Shown here one piece after another: positions 53,967 to 61,380 of a stretch of 64,000 bases of DNA (its first letter is position 1; every line of letters begins with the position of its first letter). A program made the translations under genes and the position numbers. Origin of the DNA: Nostoc sp. (GTDB lineage: Bacteria > Cyanobacteriota > Cyanobacteriia > Cyanobacteriales > Nostocaceae); contig JBALDB010000005.1 in assembly GCA_036918135.1 (NCBI GenBank), positions 145,073 through 209,072 on the forward strand. The letters are read 5' to 3'. Below the pieces are notes generated by a model that worked only from the letters and a program-made list of their open reading frames with translations, had not been told where the DNA came from and ran no database searches.

Positions 53967-54308
53967 TCAAACGAGTACATAACACAAGCAATCATGTCAA
54001 ACGCTTGAATCCCATTTGGATAAATAGCGGATACTAAGGCGAAGAATTTATGCAGTGGGTGATGGATATGTTTCGCTGGATTGTTGAAATCGTACTCCGA
54101 CGCCTAGAAAAGAAGGGTTTTACCATATTATCCAACCGCTGGGTTGTGGAACGTACTTTTGGCTGGCTCAATTGGTAAGCTGCCAGCGCGTTGCAGGAGT
54201 TCCCCCTGTTGTAGCGACTAGCGAACCCGAAGGGTGTCGGCGTTTGAGTAAAGATTATGAACGTCTTCCTGAAACCTCAGAGACATTCATCCATATTGCT
54301 ATGATTCC
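53967..54308 (+). pseudogene. IS5-family transposase C-terminal fragment interrupted by a 59-bp repeat
   Basis: KRLNPIWINSGY*GEEFMQWV...RWVVERTFGWLNW [insert 54176-54234] CRRLSKDYERLPETSETFIHIAMI. Confidence 0.8.
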
Positions 54309-54347
54309 TTTTAGAGAACCTGTAGGGTGATAACTGACGTGCGAATT

Positions 54348-54557
54348 CTACTCGCCAGATTCACTACCTGATTGCTCAAACTTATCTAAAGCTTCTTGAA
54401 GCACTTGACGGCAGAACTCTGGATAATTGTCAATAGCCTTCATTCTTTGTGCCATTGACTTAGTAACTCGAAGAGAAATCCGTTCTGTTAAAGGTTCATC
54501 TCTATCAGTTTTAAATCCATATTTTTTAATATCTGGATTCCCTTCAGGATTAGGCAT
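54348..54557 (-). CDS. Small putative ribbon-helix-helix protein
   Basis: ERISLRVT strand followed by two helices. Confidence 0.65.
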   Translation of the reverse strand: MPNPEGNPDIKKYGFKTDRDEPLTERISLRVTKSMAQRMKAIDNYPEFCRQVLQEALDKFEQSGSESGE

Positions 54558-54612
54558 TGCAAAATTCTCTTTAAAAATGCTTGAACAATTAGAAGACTCA
54601 TTGTATATTTAA

Positions 54613-54653
54613 ATTGGCGAGTATTTCCCCTAGACAAGTCGATACTCGCCAAT
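54613..54653. promoter_or_regulatory. 12-bp perfect inverted repeat between divergent small genes
   Basis: attggcgagtat-N17-atactcgccaat. Confidence 0.55.
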
Positions 54654-54685
54654 ATCTACTCTTAGCAAATAGACAATTCTATTCT

Positions 54686-55066
54686 ATGTTCACAAGGTCA
54701 GAACTCGAAATCAAAACCATCTCTGAATTACGCGATTTATGTCGTAGATATGGGATCAAACCTACAGGAAACGCTGGTTACAAAACGAGTTTCATTGTTT
54801 CTTTGATGGCATTTCCCCAACTAGCCTTACAGCAAATGAGACAAGTAAAGGGATTGAAGACTCTTGACTTCAATACCATGCAGATAATTAGTACAGCAAT
54901 TGATGAAATGGGTTCGCCCACCGACGAACAGTCAGCACTGATAAAAATTACCCTTGAAGGTAGAAAAATGAACTATCCAGACAGATACGAGCAAGAAAAG
55001 CTCTTAGCTTGGCATCTGGCGAAAATGAAACTTGAGCAAGCGATAGGACTGTTAGAAATGCAATAA
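54686..55066 (+). CDS. Hypothetical protein with SAP/Rho-N-like N-terminus
   Basis: ELEIKTISELRDLCRRYGIKPTG...K..I..L helix-extension-helix pattern. Confidence 0.65.
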   Translation: MFTRSELEIKTISELRDLCRRYGIKPTGNAGYKTSFIVSLMAFPQLALQQMRQVKGLKTLDFNTMQIISTAIDEMGSPTDEQSALIKITLEGRKMNYPDRYEQEKLLAWHLAKMKLEQAIGLLEMQ

Positions 55067-55271
55067 CTTTTCATCAATCCTCTAGACTCCCTTCATTAAG
55101 TTGAAGGGAGAGGGGGGATGAGGGGCAGAGGGCAGGGTGAGAATAACTCTTAACTTCTTTACCAAACAGTCATTACTCATCACTCAACAGTCATCACTCA
55201 GTTTTGTCCCCCCATTTGGTAAGTTAATACATAGTCTGAAACAATAGCAATTATTGCAAGAGGGGATTACG

Positions 55272-56450
55272 TTGAGTCACCATCCAGATGCCATTGCCCC
55301 GCACGGTGGACAGTTGGTTAACCGTATCGCCACGCCAGAACAAAGAGAGGAATTTCTTTCAAAAGCTGAGTTTTTACCGCGAGTGCAACTTGACGATCGC
55401 GCCGTTTCCGATCTAGAAATGATAGCGATCGGTGGTTTTAGTCCACTAACGGGTTTTATGAACCAGGAAGACTACGATCGCACTGTAACAGAAATGCGAT
55501 TAGCTAACGGTGTTGTGTGGTCAATCCCAATTACACTATCGGTAGCCGAAGAAATAGCTTCTCCTCTGAAAGAAGATAGCTTGATTCGCTTAGATAACCC
55601 CGCAGGTCGGTTTATCGGAGTTTTGCAACTCACGCAAAAATATCACTACGACAAATGCCGCGAGGCAATTAATGTTTACCGCACTGAGGATGCCAATCAT
55701 CCTGGCGTGCAGGTACTTTATAACCAAGGTGCAGTACATCTGGCTGGCGATATCTGGCTACTGCAACGCGAAGCCCATCCCCAATTTCCTGCTTACCAAA
55801 TCGACCCCGCAGTCTCACGGCAGATATTTCGTGAAAATGGCTGGAAAACCATTGTCGGTTTCCAAACTCGCAACCCCATTCACCGCGCCCACGAATACAT
55901 CCAAAAGTGCGCCTTAGAAACAGTAGATGCTCTATTTTTGCATCCATTGGTCGGGGCAACGAAAGATGATGATATTGCCGCCGATGTGCGGATGCGCTGT
56001 TATGAAATTTTACTAGAACACTACTACCCCCACGACCGGGTAATTTTGGCAATTAATCCCGCCGCCATGCGTTACGCTGGGCCTCGTGAAGCAATATTCC
56101 ATGCTTTAGTCCGTAAAAACTACGGCTGTACTCACTTTATCGTCGGTCGGGATCATGCTGGCGTTGGTGATTATTATGGCACTTATGATGCTCAATACAT
56201 CTTTGATGAATTTGAGCCAAGTGAATTAGGCATTGTGCCGATGAAATTTGAACACGCCTTCTACTGTCTGCGTACCAAACAGATGGCGACGACTAAAACC
56301 AGTCCCAGCAAGCCAGAAGAACGCATTCACCTATCGGGAACCAAAGTCAGAGAAATGCTGCGACGCGGTGAGTTACCACCACCAGAATTTTCTCGTCCAG
56401 AAGTCGCCGCAGAATTGGCGCGGGCAATGCAAATACAAGTGGCAGTTTAG
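55272..56450 (+). CDS. sat: Sulfate adenylyltransferase
   Basis: [42 protein letters not shown]. Confidence 0.96.
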   Translation: MSHHPDAIAPHGGQLVNRIATPEQREEFLSKAEFLPRVQLDDRAVSDLEMIAIGGFSPLTGFMNQEDYDRTVTEMRLANGVVWSIPITLSVAEEIASPLKEDSLIRLDNPAGRFIGVLQLTQKYHYDKCREAINVYRTEDANHPGVQVLYNQGAVHLAGDIWLLQREAHPQFPAYQIDPAVSRQIFRENGWKTIVGFQTRNPIHRAHEYIQKCALETVDALFLHPLVGATKDDDIAADVRMRCYEILLEHYYPHDRVILAINPAAMRYAGPREAIFHALVRKNYGCTHFIVGRDHAGVGDYYGTYDAQYIFDEFEPSELGIVPMKFEHAFYCLRTKQMATTKTSPSKPEERIHLSGTKVREMLRRGELPPPEFSRPEVAAELARAMQIQVAV

Positions 56451-56630
56451 GGGATGGGGCAAGCGTGGGGTATGGGGAGTGTGGGAGGTGTGGGGAGTGT
56501 AGGAAGTGTGGGAGGAAAAGGAGGTGTGGGAGGTGTGGGAGGAAAAGGAGGATGGAGAAGAAATCTTGCCCCCCCATCTCCCCACACTCCCCACACTCCC
56601 CCATCCCCCACACTCCCCCATCTCCCCCTT
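56451..56630. repeat. G-rich/C-rich bipartite repeat, copy 3
   Basis: gtgggaggt arm, aagaaatcttgccccc core, ccccacact arm. Confidence 0.7.
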
Positions 56631-56691
56631 TACACCACAGACCTCAAACCTTTAAGCTGCTAGCTGGTAGGCTGAGAACTGGGAGCTAATT

Positions 56692-58833
56692 ATGAAACGG
56701 CGCACGTTTTTTAATAGAATTGGCTCAATACTTGCGGTATTGGGATTAACTGAAGCTGAGTGGTTGACCTTGGGAAATCGCTATTACTCTGCTTTGGCAC
56801 AACCTAGTCGGCGTAAGTTGGCATTATTAATTGGTATTAATCATTACCCACAACTTTCGGCCCTCAGTGGTTGTCTCACTGATGTGGAACTTCAAAGGGA
56901 ACTTTTGATGTATCGCTTTGGTTTCCAAAGGTCAGATATCTTAACCTTAACTGAGGAACAAGCTAGCAGGAAATTCATTGAGGCGGCTTTTTCAGACCAC
57001 TTGGGCAAGCAAGCTCAAGCTGGCGATTTAGTCGTATTCCATTTTAGCGGCTATGGCAGTCGTGTCAATTTGGAAACGTCGGCAGATGCAATGCAGAATG
57101 CTCTGGTGGCAGCGAATAATAGCCAAAATGCACAAACTGAAAAAATAGTCAATTATTTATTAGAAGAAACTTTACTATTATTATTACGATCGCTCCCCAG
57201 CAAGCAAGTCACAGCAGTATTAGATACTAGTTATTATGTTCCGAGTTCAGCGATCGGATTAAAAATTCGCGCCCTCCAGGAGTCACCAGAAGCGAGGCTG
57301 GTAACAGAGGAACTGGATTTTCTCAAACAACTGAAAACTCAAAAAAACCTCAGCACTCCTGTTGTCTTAACAGCTACTTCCAACTCCAAACAGTCAGCAA
57401 GGGAAGGATTTTTTTCTGGTTTTAGTGCAGGGTTATTTACCTACGCCTTGACCCAGTATTTATGGGAAGCTACCGCAAGCACAAAAATTCAAGTTGCTCT
57501 TTCTAGTGTGGAAAATTCTCTGTATAAATTGGGTAGTAAACAGCAACCAAAGTTATTAAGTACACAGAAAAATCAACTGCAAGCATTACTACTTGATAAT
57601 TTGCTCCCAGACAGCAGTAGTGGGGGAGAGGGCGCAGTCACAGAGATTGAAGAAGACGGCAAAACAGTGCAATTGTGGTTAGGAGGATTACCTCCGCAAG
57701 TGCTGCTATACTACGGAGTTAATTCTCGATTGACTCTACCAACAACAGAGCAATTGATATTGCGATCGCGCACTGGATTAACAGCAAAAGCCCAAATTGC
57801 CAAAATAGAAGGTGCAACTCCCGTGCAAGTCGGACAACTTGTGCAAGAAGCAGTCCGGGTTTTACCAAAAAATATTAATTTAATCATTGCTCTGGATACT
57901 CGACTCGAAAGAATCGAACGCGTAGATGCCACAAGTGGCTTTGCCGCTATTGCTCATATATCCATCGCCGCAGGTGAACAACCAGCTGATTATATATTTG
58001 GTAAGCTCCAGCAGACACCTAGTCGCTACGGATTATTTACTCTCGATGGCGAATTAATTCCTAACACTGGCGGCGAAGTTGGCGAAGCAGTAAAAGTGGC
58101 AGTACTGCGGTTAGCACCGAAATTAGCCACCTTGCTAGCAGCCAAATTATGGCGACTCACAGAAAACGAAGGTTCTTCCCGCCTAGCAATCAAAGCAACC
58201 CTAGAGATGATTAGCGATACCTCATCTCAGGTGTTGATGCAACGCCAAACACAGCGAATGACTTCAGAATCACTTCGCACAGACGCGATTAATCGCGTCT
58301 CTACCCAATCTCCAGTTTCCACTCCCACTGTTCCTATTGGTAGTCAGATGCAATATCGGCTGCAAAATCAAAGCGATCGCCCAGTATATTTAATCTTGCT
58401 AGGATTAAAAAATAATCAGACAGCATTTGGCTTCTACTCTTGGGACACCTCTTCAGAAGCAAACGCTACCGACGCCAAGCCTCTGTTCAAAGAAGTTGTC
58501 ATCACCCCAGGCCAAACCCTCACCTTACCCCAAACTAATGACGATTCTGAATGGGTGATACCAGGCACAACCTTCTTTTCCGAACAACAACTAATTTTTA
58601 GTACTGTTCCCTTCAGTGCAACTCTCGCCGTCTTAAACACCGCCAAGTATCCCACACTCGAACAGCAATCAGTTGCCCCATTATCGAATTCCTTATATGT
58701 AGTCCAAGCCTTACTACTAGACTTGCATAACGCTAGCGCCATCAAAACCGAGAGCAACACTACAACAGCTGATTCATATATTTTGGATGTGAATAATTGG
58801 GCAAGTTTTAGCTTTAATTTTCAAGTTGCCTAA
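56692..58833 (+). CDS. Caspase-family (Peptidase C14) protein with substituted dyad, Tat-like signal and DUF4384-like C-domain
   Basis: MKRRTFF; KLALLIGIN.Y..LSGCLTDV; HFSGYG and LDTSY where SGHG and DxC are expected. Confidence 0.85.
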   Translation: MKRRTFFNRIGSILAVLGLTEAEWLTLGNRYYSALAQPSRRKLALLIGINHYPQLSALSGCLTDVELQRELLMYRFGFQRSDILTLTEEQASRKFIEAAFSDHLGKQAQAGDLVVFHFSGYGSRVNLETSADAMQNALVAANNSQNAQTEKIVNYLLEETLLLLLRSLPSKQVTAVLDTSYYVPSSAIGLKIRALQESPEARLVTEELDFLKQLKTQKNLSTPVVLTATSNSKQSAREGFFSGFSAGLFTYALTQYLWEATASTKIQVALSSVENSLYKLGSKQQPKLLSTQKNQLQALLLDNLLPDSSSGGEGAVTEIEEDGKTVQLWLGGLPPQVLLYYGVNSRLTLPTTEQLILRSRTGLTAKAQIAKIEGATPVQVGQLVQEAVRVLPKNINLIIALDTRLERIERVDATSGFAAIAHISIAAGEQPADYIFGKLQQTPSRYGLFTLDGELIPNTGGEVGEAVKVAVLRLAPKLATLLAAKLWRLTENEGSSRLAIKATLEMISDTSSQVLMQRQTQRMTSESLRTDAINRVSTQSPVSTPTVPIGSQMQYRLQNQSDRPVYLILLGLKNNQTAFGFYSWDTSSEANATDAKPLFKEVVITPGQTLTLPQTNDDSEWVIPGTTFFSEQQLIFSTVPFSATLAVLNTAKYPTLEQQSVAPLSNSLYVVQALLLDLHNASAIKTESNTTTADSYILDVNNWASFSFNFQVA

Positions 58834-59050
58834 ATCGGGGGAGAGGGGCAGGGGGATGAGGGAGATGAGGAAGAAAATAATTCCTAACCGGAGCTTTCGG
58901 AGTCTCCAGCGAGGCTCAACAGTCATTAGTCAACAGTCATATCATATCCGCCTAATTAGTTTTAATTCTCGCATCTGTGCAAAAATCAGGAAAACCTCTT
59001 TCCCCTGCTCCCTGCCTCCTGCTATAACAGTCATCACTCCCAATAATTAA

Positions 59051-60598
59051 CTATCCACACAAATGCTCCCGAAAATACTCGGCGTAAAGTTGACAACGAG
59101 GTAAGACTACACGCCCTTCGCGGCGCACCAAACCTGCACCCCGCAAGCGGAAAAAAATTCGCTCATCTTCGCAGATATTCTGGCGAATGATTTGGAACAT
59201 TGCTTGAACCAACTCCTGTTTGTTATGCAAGCGGAAGAGATGGTTACGCAGATGATTGCCAAACAGACCATTATCAGTAGTGGCGTTGGCAAATAGTTCG
59301 CTAGCAGAGAGGCGCGCGCTAGCAACCGAGTAAAGTCCAAGGCGGATTAAATAAGGATGTCCGCCTAGCAAGGCGATTAATTGCTGTTCTTGGTTGGGGT
59401 TGAGGGGGGAACCGTGACGGCGGTTGAGGTCAGCCACTTGTACTGCTGTGAAGTCCTCTAAATCAATCACCTGCCCGACATTAAAGGGAGATTGGTTGAG
59501 ATTATCAATTAGCTGGTAGGGTTCGGTGGAAGTAACCAGTGCTAAATCGAGTTGCTTCCAGATGGGAGTAGTGGCGCGGCTGTTGTGCCAGCTTCGCAGC
59601 ATTCCGAAAAAATCAGAGCGAAAATCAGTATCAAAAACCCTTTCCACTTCATCCATTGCTAAAACAACGGGGTTGCCAAACTCTTTTAATAAGTAGCGAC
59701 CGACATAACGAGTGCAGCGCTGACTATTGCCCAAAGGCATATTCCAATATTCAGCTACTTTGTCGGTCATTTCCAGTTCATCAGTTAACCAAGTACAGAA
59801 CTGGCGAAAAAAGAGGTCAGCATTCGTTAAGGCGGCTTTATCAAATAATTGGAAATCTAGCAAAGCAACTTGCTTACCTGCATTCACAGCAGTCTTAATT
59901 GTGCGAATTAACAGCGAACTTTTGCCCATTTGCCGGGGGCCTTTAATCGTAATTGTCACACCCTGCCGCTCAATCGTCTGCAAAGCCAGTGCATCAGATG
60001 AGCGTTCCACGTAAAAAGCAGATTGTGATTCCATTGTTCCTTCAGGCATTTCCAGGGAAACGGGCTGTGCTGAAGGAAAGGGATGGGGTAGGGATGTAGT
60101 TTGACTTACGGTAGTTGAAGGTAGTCGAAACTCACCAACTGGGGATGAGGGGGATTTTTCGGTACTGGTAGTTAATCCACTGCTGGAGACAGCTTGTAAC
60201 AATTCATCTATTAGGCGGGGCGTATCTTCTGCATCTTTCCAGAATGCCCAGTTAATTCCATTGAGATAGGCACTTAAAGGATATAACAACGGTTCTTGAT
60301 ATGCCAGACGCACTGGGAGAATTACTGGGCGTCCTTGTTGTGATTTTGCCAAGTGGTGTGCTGTCTCGATTTCTGCTACTACCATCTCGCTTTGGGTTGA
60401 CGAGGCTGAAAGAAAAGTAATGACAAAATCAGCTTGGTGAATTTCTGCTTCAATACGTTCAGCCCAGCGCGTGCCAATGGACATGGTTTGGTCGATAAAG
60501 ACTTTGTGTTGCTGCGATAGCGCCTGGAAAACTTGCGATGCAACTTGCTCGTCTGGGCGAACATTACGCTTATAGCTGATGAAGATGCGTTTTGTCAT
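59051..60598 (-). CDS. TIR domain - AAA_35 ATPase protein
   Basis: IFISYKR, VFIDQ..GTRW, SEMVVAEI; then YVER, GPRQMGKSSL, LAMDEVE, SPFNVG, GGHPYL. Confidence 0.9.
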   Translation of the reverse strand: MTKRIFISYKRNVRPDEQVASQVFQALSQQHKVFIDQTMSIGTRWAERIEAEIHQADFVITFLSASSTQSEMVVAEIETAHHLAKSQQGRPVILPVRLAYQEPLLYPLSAYLNGINWAFWKDAEDTPRLIDELLQAVSSSGLTTSTEKSPSSPVGEFRLPSTTVSQTTSLPHPFPSAQPVSLEMPEGTMESQSAFYVERSSDALALQTIERQGVTITIKGPRQMGKSSLLIRTIKTAVNAGKQVALLDFQLFDKAALTNADLFFRQFCTWLTDELEMTDKVAEYWNMPLGNSQRCTRYVGRYLLKEFGNPVVLAMDEVERVFDTDFRSDFFGMLRSWHNSRATTPIWKQLDLALVTSTEPYQLIDNLNQSPFNVGQVIDLEDFTAVQVADLNRRHGSPLNPNQEQQLIALLGGHPYLIRLGLYSVASARLSASELFANATTDNGLFGNHLRNHLFRLHNKQELVQAMFQIIRQNICEDERIFFRLRGAGLVRREGRVVLPRCQLYAEYFREHLCG

Positions 60599-60722
60599 TA
60601 GTCATTTGTCATTGGTCACTTTTGCTGAGCGAAGCCGAAGCATTTGTCATTTGTCATTGGTCAATTAAATACACTCTACTACAGCGTAGTTGCAGGCAAT
60701 TACCGACGGCACAAAAAAATTG

Positions 60723-60974
60723 CTCACGAGTATCAAAGCTTTATTAATGGAGTTCAAATACTCATTAATGAAGCTCAAATACTCGTTAATGGAGTTCAAA
60801 TACTCGTTAATGGAGTTCAAAGGCTCATTAATGGAGTTCAAATACTCGTTAATGGAGTTCAAATACTCATTAATGGAGTTCAAAGCCTCGTTAATGGAGT
60901 TCAAAGCCTCGTTAATGAAGCTCAAATACTCGTTAATGGAGTTCAAAGCCTCATTAATGGAGTTCAAAGCCTCA
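60723..60974. repeat. 21-bp tandem array, 11 copies plus 1 degenerate (ttaatggagttcaaatactcg and variants)
   Basis: Units start at 60744 and repeat every 21 nt to 60974. Confidence 0.92.
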
Positions 60975-60978
60975 TTCT

Positions 60979-61188
60979 TAGAGGATGTTTGAAAAGTCAT
61001 GATTGATGTATTAAATATTTTTTACCCCACCCTAACCCTCCCCTTGGAAAGGGGAGGGAACAAGATTTTCCGGTTTCCCCCCTTTACAAGGGGGGACTAA
61101 GGGGGGTAATTGGACTTGTGTGTACACCGTAGCCTTTCTAAGGGGGGTGATTTTAATCACAGCTAACCACTTTTCAAACAACCTCTTA
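60979..61188. mobile_element. MITE-like element
   Basis: tagaggatgtttgaaaagt ... acttttcaaacaacctctta; internal cccctt/aagggg hairpins. Confidence 0.7.
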
Positions 61189-61380
61189 GCTACAGATTGT
61201 AGGTTGGGTTGAGGAACAAAACCCAACAATTAACGCTTAATGTTCGGTTTAACAGAGCTAAACCCAAAATAGAATTCTTTTGACAGCAATTTTTAGGTAA
61301 ATAGACAAAATGTATTACACAATGTCATTGTAAATGGAGTCAGTGCCTTTTGCGTTCCCCTTGCTTGTGGAGTCTGTTAC

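Noticed and set aside
56347..56689. Gly/His/Pro-rich small ORFs (also near 23.2-23.5 kb and 41.1-41.3 kb)
   Set aside because: Products of the G-rich/C-rich repeat, not credible proteins.
60723..60974. CRISPR array (also considered for 52639-52743)
   Set aside because: Units are contiguous with no unique spacers, and no cas genes are in view.
60644..61006. Three overlapping heptad-repeat ORFs as real genes
   Set aside because: They arise automatically from a stop-free 21-bp repeat; no independent support.
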